From: an uncultured Aliarcobacter sp.
Lineage (GTDB): Bacteria > Campylobacterota > Campylobacteria > Campylobacterales > Arcobacteraceae
Direction of reading: 5' to 3'
NCBI GenBank assembly: GCA_963677435.1
Contig: OY781945.1
Location: 2,176,001 to 2,240,000 of the forward strand
DNA length: 64,000 bases
This document shows positions 8,984-17,869 of this stretch, one piece after another. The notes under the pieces were generated by a model, which made no database searches, had not been told where the DNA came from, and saw only the letters and a list, made by a program, of their open reading frames with translations. The number at the start of each line of letters is the position of its first letter. The first letter of the stretch is position 1. Made by a program: the position numbers and the translations under genes.

Positions 8984-10415
8984 TTTTATCTCCCAATATC
9001 ATCTTTTCCACCTCTTTTTTTGCATCTTCAAAAATTTGTATTGCTTCATTTTTTAGAGCCTGTGCTTCATCTCGTAAGTTTTGAATATGGTTTGCGATTT
9101 TATTTTGTTTTTCAAAGTCTATATCATCATTTATTATTGGAATAGGAACCAATAACTTTTTAGCACTATTTGAACCTAAAAATGGAACTCCACCTCCACC
9201 TGAAAGTTGTTCTATTAATATTTTTCCAATTGATGACATAAAAAATGCAGAGATATAAATAGAATTGTAATTTTCTTTTAATCTTATTACTCCTGTATTG
9301 TTATCAACGGTATAACTAAAATTGTTTTTAGTCTGATTAAAAACTGAAAATTTGTATTTTTTTATTGCTTCACCTATAAAAGGAGCAATAATATCTCCGT
9401 TTATTAACTTCTTAGTCTCTGGTATATATCCTATAAATTCTACATTCTCAAAGTCTATTTTATTATCATTCATAATATTTTTGACTTTTAATAAAATATT
9501 TTCTTCTTTAGTAGTTAAATTTTGCCCCACCCCTTGAAAAATATTTAGAGAGATTTTGCCAAGAGTTATAAGCTGAAAGTTTTTGTTTTGATTTAAATAA
9601 TATATATTTTCATAGTAACGATTTCTATAATAATCTGCATCAAACCTATCCCCACTTAACTCACTAACTTTTCTAAAAAATACTCTATCTTCCAAACTCT
9701 CTTTTTCATTACTATATGATTTTATTCCAAGTTCATTTAAAAGGTACGCATCAATACTATCAAGCTTACTTTGAGCCTCTTTTTCTTTTTGTTCTTTTTG
9801 TTTGTAAGCATTATTTAATTTTAAAACTATATTTTCATCATAAACTATAGGAATAGATAATAATGCAGGATAATCAAGAGCTGGTCTTGTTCCTCCTGTG
9901 GCTCTTCTTGAAGCTAATTTTTCAGCTATATCAAGATTGAGATAAGTTGCTAATGTTTCACTTGTTTTTCTATCTTTTGTTTTTATTACAACCATGTGCT
10001 GATTTGTATTACCTACAAATCCTTTTTCAGGAACTGAAGCGATAGCCATTCTTCCAACACCTGTAATTTTAACAAGCAAATCATCTTCTTCAACTTGACT
10101 TCGTCTAAGCATTTTTTGGTGTGTATCTTTGGTAATAAATTTTAAACCATCAAAATCAAGCTTCCCATATTTAGTTAAATTTTGAACTCGTAAAAATGGA
10201 ATACCATCTTTTTCATTCTCTGAATAATATTCGTTTTCTATAGATTTTTTTGGTGTTGCTCCACTGCTTACAGTTATTACAAAATCTTTTAATTTTTTCA
10301 TAGATACTTTTTTAACTTGATTTTCTAATTCCACTATTTCAGGTATGTAAAAAAATGGATCTAATCTACTACTTGAGATTTCACTAAATTTTGTATAAAA
10401 AATATTTTTTGTCAT
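8976..10415 (-). CDS. hsdS: Restriction-modification specificity (HsdS-like) subunit with two TRDs
   Basis: SGATP, IPFLRVQNL, GNTNQH in TRD1; coiled-coil spacer; repeated RLDPFFY / RFDADYY motifs; second TRD. Confidence 0.85.
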   Translation of the reverse strand: MTKNIFYTKFSEISSSRLDPFFYIPEIVELENQVKKVSMKKLKDFVITVSSGATPKKSIENEYYSENEKDGIPFLRVQNLTKYGKLDFDGLKFITKDTHQKMLRRSQVEEDDLLVKITGVGRMAIASVPEKGFVGNTNQHMVVIKTKDRKTSETLATYLNLDIAEKLASRRATGGTRPALDYPALLSIPIVYDENIVLKLNNAYKQKEQKEKEAQSKLDSIDAYLLNELGIKSYSNEKESLEDRVFFRKVSELSGDRFDADYYRNRYYENIYYLNQNKNFQLITLGKISLNIFQGVGQNLTTKEENILLKVKNIMNDNKIDFENVEFIGYIPETKKLINGDIIAPFIGEAIKKYKFSVFNQTKNNFSYTVDNNTGVIRLKENYNSIYISAFFMSSIGKILIEQLSGGGGVPFLGSNSAKKLLVPIPIINDDIDFEKQNKIANHIQNLRDEAQALKNEAIQIFEDAKKEVEKMILGDKSV

Positions 10416-10416
10416 T

Positions 10417-12594
10417 TTAAAGACTTTCGATGAATTTTTTTAGCTCAGTTGCTATATATTTAAGTTCATTAGTATTTGTTTCTTTTCCTGTTGCATCATA
10501 ACCTATATCCTCAGCTATTGCCATAAAAATATCATAATCATATTTTTTCAAGGCTTCTTCTTTTGAAGTTTTGTACAATTCTTTCATCTCATCTTTTAGG
10601 TTTGATAATTTATCTGTATATTCTTTACTTAGTTCTGCTTTTGCATCTTTTAATTCTTGACTATCTTTTTGAAAAAGACTATTTAGTTCTTTTACTTTTT
10701 GCTTTTTTTCATCTTCAAAAACTTTTACTTTTTGCCAAAAGTTTTGTTGTGTTACTAAATCATTTTGAAGTTTTAATTTTAGATTTTTGATATTATTACT
10801 CTCATTTTCAGAGTATTTTTTCAGAAATAAAACACTACTTTTTACACCTGCACCTGTTGCACTAAATGCTGTTTGAGGCATAGAAACAACTGCTATTATT
10901 CTAAACATCTCTTCAATACTATCTCTTACATATTGAAGTGAAGAGTTTGTAAGTATCCCATCAGGTATTACGATAGCTAGTATTCCACTACCTACTTTTA
11001 AAAAGTTATATGCTTGTTCTATAAAAAGTACTTCTGTGCTTTGATTTTCTCTACCTTTTCTAACTCCATTAGAAGTGTCCAGCCAATTTGTTTCTTTGAT
11101 ACCAAACCCATATTGATGTAAATATGCTTTTTCTGTTTGTTTTACAGATGATCCAAATGGTGGATTTGTAAGAATAAAATCAAAATGATTTTCTTTAAAC
11201 TTATCATTTCTACCTTTTTTTTGTATAGTATTTTCATTTCTTGTTTTTCTAGCTTCTCTCTCATCATCTGTTTCGTATAAAGGTTCAGGTTCAGGAGTAA
11301 TTTGAAGCAAGCCATCACAAGAAATAACATTAGTATGTCCATCATCATGAATTATCATATTCATTTTTGCTGTTCTTGCTATTTGCTCATTTATTTCTAT
11401 TCCATAAAGATTATGTTCTGCAAAATCATGCCAATACTTTTTCCAATCTACTTTTTCATCTGGATCTATCTCATAATCTGGATATTCAATATTTGCTTGT
11501 TGTCGTACCTTATCAAGTGCATGAAGTAAAAAACCACCACTTCCACATGAAGTATCAAGTACATAGCTATCTTTTTTTATAGGTAAAACATCTACAATAA
11601 ATTTTACGATTGGTCTTGGAGTAAAATATTGCCCAAAATCACCTCTAAAAAATGACCCCATAAAAGTCTCAAATGCCCGACCTTTACTATCTAAATCTGT
11701 TTTATTTAGATTTATTCCCTCTAAATATCCAACAACTGTACGAACTTTATCAGCATTAAGTCTTACTCCATCTTTAAAAACCTCAGGATCTTTAAGTGCT
11801 CCTTGTGCATATAGTTCATTTATTCTATCAAGAAGATTTTTATTTGTAATTTTTTTATTTTCTTCTTCTTCTCCATCTTTGTCTAATTGAATATATGGAA
11901 TAATCTGAAATTTATAAGGTTCTTTTCTATTACAATTTCTTTCATCCCAAATTTTACAAAATATAAGTTTATCGAGTTCATCAAATGCCTCACTAGGATT
12001 TAATTCTCCACCTGCCCAAAGCGCATTGTGTGCTTGTTTAAATCTTTTTGTAAGATTATCTTCTGTAACAATTTCCAATTCGTGATATTTAGGGTCACCT
12101 TTTACATACTTGAATTTTGGAACAAACTTTTCACCAAATGCAGGAACATCTACTATTGTAATTCTATCTTTTGGTTTTTTCTTTGGAACTTGATAATATT
12201 CATTTTTAATACCTGATGTTGTCCAAACAAATTTTGCGCCCTCAGATACTGCATAGCTAAATGCCTGATTAACAGCTGTTTTAAATTCAAGTTCAGAAAT
12301 CTCTTCTTTTTTACACTCAACAACAATATAAGGAGATAAATGATCTTTATCATTGTAAACAATTATATCAGCTTCTTTTTTCGCAATACCCATTTGAACA
12401 GTAACAAACATTCTAATATTTTCAACCGGATATTTATATTCTAAAATCAATTTTAAAAAGGTTTGTGCTTGTATTTTTTCTTCTGGATTTTGATAATTTC
12501 TAGGTCTATGATGATTTATATAAGTTATGTAATTTGTTTCATTATCAATTTTTATATAACCTAAAGATTCACCTTGTTTTATTAAATCGTTCAT
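10417..12594 (-). CDS. Fused restriction endonuclease (HsdR_N-like PD-(D/E)xK) and N6-adenine methyltransferase (HsdM-like)
   Basis: PEEKI...ADIIVY...IVVECK nuclease motif; GQYFTPR, DTSCGSGGFL (motif I), LTNPPFG (motif IV), PDGIL. Confidence 0.9.
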   Translation of the reverse strand: MNDLIKQGESLGYIKIDNETNYITYINHHRPRNYQNPEEKIQAQTFLKLILEYKYPVENIRMFVTVQMGIAKKEADIIVYNDKDHLSPYIVVECKKEEISELEFKTAVNQAFSYAVSEGAKFVWTTSGIKNEYYQVPKKKPKDRITIVDVPAFGEKFVPKFKYVKGDPKYHELEIVTEDNLTKRFKQAHNALWAGGELNPSEAFDELDKLIFCKIWDERNCNRKEPYKFQIIPYIQLDKDGEEEENKKITNKNLLDRINELYAQGALKDPEVFKDGVRLNADKVRTVVGYLEGINLNKTDLDSKGRAFETFMGSFFRGDFGQYFTPRPIVKFIVDVLPIKKDSYVLDTSCGSGGFLLHALDKVRQQANIEYPDYEIDPDEKVDWKKYWHDFAEHNLYGIEINEQIARTAKMNMIIHDDGHTNVISCDGLLQITPEPEPLYETDDEREARKTRNENTIQKKGRNDKFKENHFDFILTNPPFGSSVKQTEKAYLHQYGFGIKETNWLDTSNGVRKGRENQSTEVLFIEQAYNFLKVGSGILAIVIPDGILTNSSLQYVRDSIEEMFRIIAVVSMPQTAFSATGAGVKSSVLFLKKYSENESNNIKNLKLKLQNDLVTQQNFWQKVKVFEDEKKQKVKELNSLFQKDSQELKDAKAELSKEYTDKLSNLKDEMKELYKTSKEEALKKYDYDIFMAIAEDIGYDATGKETNTNELKYIATELKKFIESL

Positions 12595-12780
12595 TATTTA
12601 TATCTCCAATTTTAAGGACTTGATTGTATCTAATTATTCATTACATAAAAATAATTTTTAGATTATGTTTATAATAGTTTTTATTGGAAAATAAGTACAA
12701 TGAATATTAAAATAAGATATCAATTTTATTATCCTAATAAAAAATTATCACAAAAATATAACTACAATAATTTCTTAAAG

Positions 12781-12805
12781 CTCTTAGGTATTTTTAGAAC
12801 AAAAA
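12781..12805. promoter_or_regulatory. 25-bp hydrogenase/nickel regulon motif, copy 2 (promoter of the transposase-derived gene)
   Basis: CTCTTAGGTATTTTTAGAACAAAAA; overlaps the -35 region of the extended -10 TGcTAAAAT at 12817-12825. Confidence 0.6.
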
Positions 12806-12825
12806 AATATAAATGATGCTAAAAT

Positions 12826-13464
12826 ATGCCTATGATTTGTCAAAACTGCAATAACACTACTTTTTATACTTTAGCAAATGATTACATCAAGTGTAAGACT
12901 TGTGCAAAAAAGTATTCTTTAAAAAAACTTCAAAAAGATGATTTAATTATGATTAAATTTTGTGAAAATAAAAATGCCCTTGAACTAGCCAAAGAGTTAG
13001 AGGTAAATTATAAAACCATAAAAGATAGATTTGATATTTTTAGAAAAAAAATTGCTTTGTTTTTAGAGCATGAATACAATAACTCAATCAAAGATTACAA
13101 TGAATATGAAGAGTTTTATTATATAAAAGAGCGAGAAAAAAAGAAAAAGAAAAAATCTCTAAGTGAAGCTATAAACATAATGGGATTTTATTCAAATGAA
13201 AAAGTTTACACACTTTTGATGCCAAAAATTGGGAAACGAGCCTTTGATATTGAAGATGGTTTTATTCAGTATTTAAACTGGAATAAAATTCATTCAAAAA
13301 ATTCTCACCAAACAAAACTAAATGAATTTTGGAAATTTTTAGAAGATAATCTGAAAAAATATAAAGGTTTTGATGAAGATAACTTCTTTTACTATTTAAA
13401 AGAGTCGGAGTTTAGATTTAATTATACACACGAAGAACAAATAGAGATTTTAAAAAAACTCTAA
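12826..13464 (+). CDS. IS1595/IS1016-family transposase-derived protein lacking the catalytic DDE residues (candidate domesticated regulator)
   Basis: CxxC..CxxC Zn ribbon, HTH (NALELAKELEVNYKTI), GF..NEKVYT, FW...LKKYKG....F.YYLKESEFRFN C-terminus typical of IS1016-group transposases. DDE positions are degenerate. Likely start is ATG 12832. Confidence 0.75.
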   Translation: MPMICQNCNNTTFYTLANDYIKCKTCAKKYSLKKLQKDDLIMIKFCENKNALELAKELEVNYKTIKDRFDIFRKKIALFLEHEYNNSIKDYNEYEEFYYIKEREKKKKKKSLSEAINIMGFYSNEKVYTLLMPKIGKRAFDIEDGFIQYLNWNKIHSKNSHQTKLNEFWKFLEDNLKKYKGFDEDNFFYYLKESEFRFNYTHEEQIEILKKL

Positions 13465-13515
13465 TTTTAGGCTTGACTTTAATTTATTTTAAATAAGCTT
13501 AACTACAATACGCAA

Positions 13516-14673
13516 ATGAATAATATCCCAAAACTAACCCTTTTAACTCTACTTTTATTAGCAATGACAACAAGTATGTCAAATGTTGCTATTGTTACTA
13601 TGTTGCCTCACTTAAAAGATTATTTTAAAGATGTAGCTAATATTGAATTTTACTCACGATTGATGTTGACACTTCCTTCTTTGGTAATTGCACTTCTTGC
13701 GCCTATTTTGGGACATTTTATATTTAAATTTGGAAAGAAAAAATCAGTAGTTATTGCACTGTTTTTCTTCTCTTTATTTGGTAGTGCTGGATTATATCTT
13801 GATAGTATTGAGAGTTTATTAATCTCTAGGGCATTTTTTGGAGTTTGTGTTGCTACACTTATGATTGTTTCAACTTCTTTGATTGGAGATTATTTCAAAG
13901 AAAAAGAAAGACATAAATTTATGGGTTATCAAAGTGCCTTTATGGCTTTTGGTGGTGTATTTTTTGTGATGGGCGGAGGTTTTTTATCTGATATTAGCTG
14001 GAGATTTCCCTTTGCAATTTATCTAATGGGATTGGTTTTACTGCCACTTGCTTTTTATAATTTAAAAGAAGTAAAATTTGACGATGACAAGATAGAACAA
14101 ACTGTACATATCAGTTCAAATATCTTGTTTGTATATTTTCTTGCTTTCTTTTTTATGTTGATATTTTATATTTTACCTACTCAAATTCCATTTTTGATAA
14201 TTGAAAAATTCAAGGCAAGTGGTTCATTAGCAGGAACTATAATTGCTGTGGCATTTTTTTGTAATGCTTTGGGGGCAATAACTTTTTCAAAATTAAAAAC
14301 TAGATTTAATTATTCAACTATTTATCTTATTGGTATATTTTTAATGGCAATAGGTTTTTCTTTAGTTGGAGTGATAAATAATGTTCACTTATTTTTCATT
14401 AGCAGTCCAATTTTAGGATTTGCAGGTGGAATTATGATGACAAATGTTACATCTTGGATGTTGAGTAAAACAAGTGTAGAAAAAAGAGTTAAAAGCTCAG
14501 GATATTACACATCAGCCATATTTTTTGGACAATTTCTATCTCCTGTTGTATTTCATCCAATTATCGAAAAACTTAGTGATATTCAAGACTTTTTTTCATT
14601 AATTGGTAGTTTTTTATTTATAATTATATTTATATTTGTTCTAAAATATTTTTATCAAGCTTATAAATCTTAG
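13516..14673 (+). CDS. MFS transporter
   Basis: About 12 hydrophobic segments, motif A-like FKFGKK, SRAFFG, IGDYF. Confidence 0.9.
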   Translation: MNNIPKLTLLTLLLLAMTTSMSNVAIVTMLPHLKDYFKDVANIEFYSRLMLTLPSLVIALLAPILGHFIFKFGKKKSVVIALFFFSLFGSAGLYLDSIESLLISRAFFGVCVATLMIVSTSLIGDYFKEKERHKFMGYQSAFMAFGGVFFVMGGGFLSDISWRFPFAIYLMGLVLLPLAFYNLKEVKFDDDKIEQTVHISSNILFVYFLAFFFMLIFYILPTQIPFLIIEKFKASGSLAGTIIAVAFFCNALGAITFSKLKTRFNYSTIYLIGIFLMAIGFSLVGVINNVHLFFISSPILGFAGGIMMTNVTSWMLSKTSVEKRVKSSGYYTSAIFFGQFLSPVVFHPIIEKLSDIQDFFSLIGSFLFIIIFIFVLKYFYQAYKS

Positions 14674-15280
14674 TTGCCAAACTATCTATAAAACTTCTAT
14701 GATGAGAGACTATTATCATAGATTTTTTTATTGAGTTTAAAATATCAATTATCTTTTTTTGTGATTCTTCATCAAGGGCATTTGTTGGTTCATCAAGAAG
14801 TAAAATTTTTGGTTTTAAAATCAAAAGTCCAGCAAGGGCAACAATTTTTTGTTCACCTCCACTTAAATCAAAAATCACCCTATTTTCTAAGTGAGAAATT
14901 CCAAGTTCTTTTAATATCTGTTTTCCTTGGATTATTGATTCATCTTTTAATATACCTTTTGCTCTTAGGGAAAAAATCACATCTTCTATAACTGTTGGAC
15001 ATAAAAAGTGGTTCGTAACATCTTGGGGTAAATATCCTATATCGCTTCTATATTTTGAGAAATCTTTTAAATCTTTCATTTTGTCGTGGAAGATTTCAAC
15101 TTCTCCACAAAGAGGTTTTATTAATCCTGCGATTATTTTTAGAAGTGTACTTTTACCTGAACCATTTGAGCCAACTATTGCTATTTTTTCTTCATGGCCT
15201 AGATTTAAAGTTACATCTGAAAAAATTCGTTTATCTTCATTTTCATAAGAAACACTTCTTAAATTTACTGAACAACTCAT
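14630..15280 (-). CDS. cbiO: ECF Ni/Co transporter ATPase CbiO/NikO
   Basis: GSNGSGKST, LSGGEQK, LLLDEPT, SHH; in operon with cbiM and cbiQ. Confidence 0.88.
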   Translation of the reverse strand: MSCSVNLRSVSYENEDKRIFSDVTLNLGHEEKIAIVGSNGSGKSTLLKIIAGLIKPLCGEVEIFHDKMKDLKDFSKYRSDIGYLPQDVTNHFLCPTVIEDVIFSLRAKGILKDESIIQGKQILKELGISHLENRVIFDLSGGEQKIVALAGLLILKPKILLLDEPTNALDEESQKKIIDILNSIKKSMIIVSHHRSFIDSLATKIYKLDKNILEQI

Positions 15281-15918
15281 ATGTATAAAACCTTTATTAA
15301 ATAAATAATTACAAGAGAAGATATTACTAAAATATCTTTTTTACTAATTTTGTTTGTTTCAAGCAGAAATATCTGCGATTTAAAACCACGAGCATTCATA
15401 CTAAGTTTCATATCTTCTGATTTTTTTATGGCTTTTATAAACATCATAGCAAAAATATTACCAAAGGTTTGATAAACAAACATAGAAGTTTGGGCTTTAA
15501 AACCTCTTAATTTCAAAGTTGTTTTTATATTTTTAAACTCTTTTAGCAAATACTCAATCAAACAAATAGTGAAATAAAATATTGAGATAAATTTAGCAGA
15601 AAATTTCAAACTATTAAAACCTCTTACAATATCATAACCCTTTGATTTATAAAAAATCGTAATATTAAACAATAAAATCAAGTTTGTTCTAAAAAATAAC
15701 TCAATAGCCATTTGATGATTTTTAAAAGCTACAAATAAAACTAAAAATATTATAAAGAAGTTTAATAAAAATAGTTTTTTAAATATCTTTATAATACTTT
15801 TTTTCTCAAAAAATAGTACTAATAAAATTGGCAATATATAAAAATACTCCAAAGAAGTAAAAGCAACTAACAAAGAAAAAAGTAGTGAAACAATAAGTTT
15901 TATGGCTTCGTTATTCAT
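15277..15918 (-). CDS. cbiQ: ECF transmembrane T component CbiQ/NikQ
   Basis: Hydrophobic; LKLRGF and MNARGF XRX motifs. Confidence 0.85.
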   Translation of the reverse strand: MNNEAIKLIVSLLFSLLVAFTSLEYFYILPILLVLFFEKKSIIKIFKKLFLLNFFIIFLVLFVAFKNHQMAIELFFRTNLILLFNITIFYKSKGYDIVRGFNSLKFSAKFISIFYFTICLIEYLLKEFKNIKTTLKLRGFKAQTSMFVYQTFGNIFAMMFIKAIKKSEDMKLSMNARGFKSQIFLLETNKISKKDILVISSLVIIYLIKVLYI

Positions 15919-16341
15919 CTATTGTTCTTTTTTCCTTTTAACTCTTTTTATTGCATAAAAAATTAAAGCTATTAAAACCAATGAAATTAACATTTTAATA
16001 TGTTCATCTGATTTTTGCTCTTTTATGTGATTTTGTAAGGTTTCATTTTTTATATTTTCAACAATCACATCTTGTTTTGCAATATGTCCAGATGTTGCAT
16101 CAACTGTTATTTCTATCTCTTTATATTTTGAAGTAAAATGATATTTTCCTTTTTCATCTAGTTTATCTTCTAAAATTAAATTTTCATTATTTTTAATAAG
16201 TAACCTACAATTCATACAAGGTGTACCATCTGCAAAATAAGAGTAAATTTCAACACCATTTTGTTCATTTGTTACAAATAGATTTAGTTTGTGAGCAAAC
16301 AATGAGCTTGCCAAGATTATAAATATTAGAAAACTTTTCAA
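15919..16341 (-). CDS. Ni/Co ECF accessory component (CbiL/NikL-like)
   Basis: Signal peptide ending in AHKLNLF, YFADGTP, SGH, C-terminal TM helix; between cbiM and cbiQ. Confidence 0.7.
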   Translation of the reverse strand: MKSFLIFIILASSLFAHKLNLFVTNEQNGVEIYSYFADGTPCMNCRLLIKNNENLILEDKLDEKGKYHFTSKYKEIEITVDATSGHIAKQDVIVENIKNETLQNHIKEQKSDEHIKMLISLVLIALIFYAIKRVKRKKEQ

Positions 16342-16937
16342 ATCAAACCTTTTAAAATCTTTGGATATGTTTTTTTGATAAATAATAGTAAAAACATAGA
16401 AACTAAACCTTCAATTACCATCATTATTATATTAACTGAAAATATACTATAAGCAGCCCATTCATACTCATCTTTTGAAAAATACAAAATAAGTACTAAA
16501 AACAAAGTTGCAAAAAATGCCCCTAAAAATCCTATTAAAAAAAATCTTATTTTTTCATTTATTTTCAAGAAAAGCTCTGCTTTATTTATATAAAAAACAA
16601 TCACAGCAGGTGCTGCCATAATAAATAGATTAACTCCAATGGAAACTACACCACCATAACCTAAAAGTAAAGCTTGTAGAACTAAAGCTATAAAAATAGA
16701 GATAAAACTTGTAAATCCTAAAAATATTCCTATTTCTCCCAAAAGAATTAGATGGATTTGAGTGACTCCAAAGGGAATATGAATAAAAGAGGCTATAAAA
16801 AACATAGCACTAGCAACTGCGGCAAGTGGTATTTCATCCTCTTTTATAGTTTTTATAGCTTTATATAAAGCAAACAAACTAACAGCTGAGACTACAGCTG
16901 TTGATTCAAGAGTTAAAACACCATCTGCTATGTGCAT
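16338..16937 (-). CDS. cbiM: ECF Ni/Co S component CbiM/NikM
   Basis: MHIADG metal-binding N-terminus, QALLLGYGG. Confidence 0.93.
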   Translation of the reverse strand: MHIADGVLTLESTAVVSAVSLFALYKAIKTIKEDEIPLAAVASAMFFIASFIHIPFGVTQIHLILLGEIGIFLGFTSFISIFIALVLQALLLGYGGVVSIGVNLFIMAAPAVIVFYINKAELFLKINEKIRFFLIGFLGAFFATLFLVLILYFSKDEYEWAAYSIFSVNIIMMVIEGLVSMFLLLFIKKTYPKILKGLI

Positions 16938-16938
16938 T

Positions 16939-17661
16939 TTAGTAAGCCTTTACCCAAATTAAAGCACCATTTTCAACTGGATAACTTTTTCCATCTTTGT
17001 ATTTTAATTCACCCTCTTCTATTAAAGCTGCAAATCCCCACCAACCTTGATGATTCATTACAAATGAGAAAATTCCATTATCATCAGTTTTTACAACTTG
17101 TGTTATATGGGCATCATTTGGTGCTTTTAAACCAAATTCATTATATGCTTCAACTTCAACTTCTACATTAGCTGCTGGTTTTCCATCATGTAAAACTCTA
17201 CCTTGAAATAAGTTCCCAGAGTATAAACCAAAAGGTTTTACCATCGGAACAATCTCATATTTTAAGCCAATTGGCTCATCCCAACCATCTTCTAAACCAA
17301 AAGCACTAACTATCAACTTTGGAACATGAGAAATAAACTTTTCTTCTGCTGGTTCAAAATATGGCTGTGGTTGCACAAAAAATTTGTAAACACCAGGTGT
17401 TTTAACATCATAAGAGCTTGTCCAAGCTTTGTGATCAAATTTTGTTGTTTGTGTTAAGGCAAGTGAATTCTCTTTTGAATTTACAAAAACCTCAGGTTTT
17501 TCCATAACCATACCTGTTTGCTCAAAGGGATGAATAAATGATATATCCAAATTTACTTTTGACTCTTTTTGATTATTTATGTTGTCTGTATTTGCCATAA
17601 ATGTAAGGAAATGTGCATTTGCATAAATTGCCATAAGAGTAAGGAATATAACTTTTTTCAT
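16939..17661 (-). CDS. DUF4198 periplasmic Ni/Co-binding component (NikK/CbiK-like)
   Basis: Signal peptide ending in AHF, FIHPFEQ, PQPYFEPAE, GWWGFAAL; first gene of the ECF operon. Confidence 0.8.
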   Translation of the reverse strand: MKKVIFLTLMAIYANAHFLTFMANTDNINNQKESKVNLDISFIHPFEQTGMVMEKPEVFVNSKENSLALTQTTKFDHKAWTSSYDVKTPGVYKFFVQPQPYFEPAEEKFISHVPKLIVSAFGLEDGWDEPIGLKYEIVPMVKPFGLYSGNLFQGRVLHDGKPAANVEVEVEAYNEFGLKAPNDAHITQVVKTDDNGIFSFVMNHQGWWGFAALIEEGELKYKDGKSYPVENGALIWVKAY

Positions 17662-17725
17662 TTTGTCTCCTAAATTTTTATTGATTATATTGACTTAGTA
17701 GTTATGACTATATAAATTTACATAT

Positions 17726-17750
17726 TTCTTATATATATTTAGAACAAAAA
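17726..17750. promoter_or_regulatory. 25-bp hydrogenase/nickel regulon motif, copy 3 (upstream of the Ni/Co importer operon)
   Basis: TTCTTATATATATTTAGAACAAAAA; its reverse complement is 23/25 identical to 55785-55809. Confidence 0.6.
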
Positions 17751-17869
17751 AACTTCTATTTTAACTTAAATCTATATTAATTCTATCAAAATTAAAGTTA
17801 TTTTCTTAAGCTAAAGTTTTGCTTAAAGTTAGTAATATCTAATAATAATTTTTATAAAAAGGAGTAATT

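Noticed and set aside
12759..13510. 11-bp direct repeat TAACTACAATA (12759-12769 and 13500-13510) flanking the transposase-like gene, as a possible target-site duplication
   Set aside because: No inverted repeats lie inside the copies, and both contain a TACAAT -10 box, so promoter elements in AT-rich DNA explain them better. Not called an active IS.
17662..17725. Possible NikR box or cobalamin riboswitch upstream of the cbi/nik operon
   Set aside because: The leader is short and AT-rich with no riboswitch core; only a weak TAGT-TATG-ACTA dyad, not a convincing NikR consensus.
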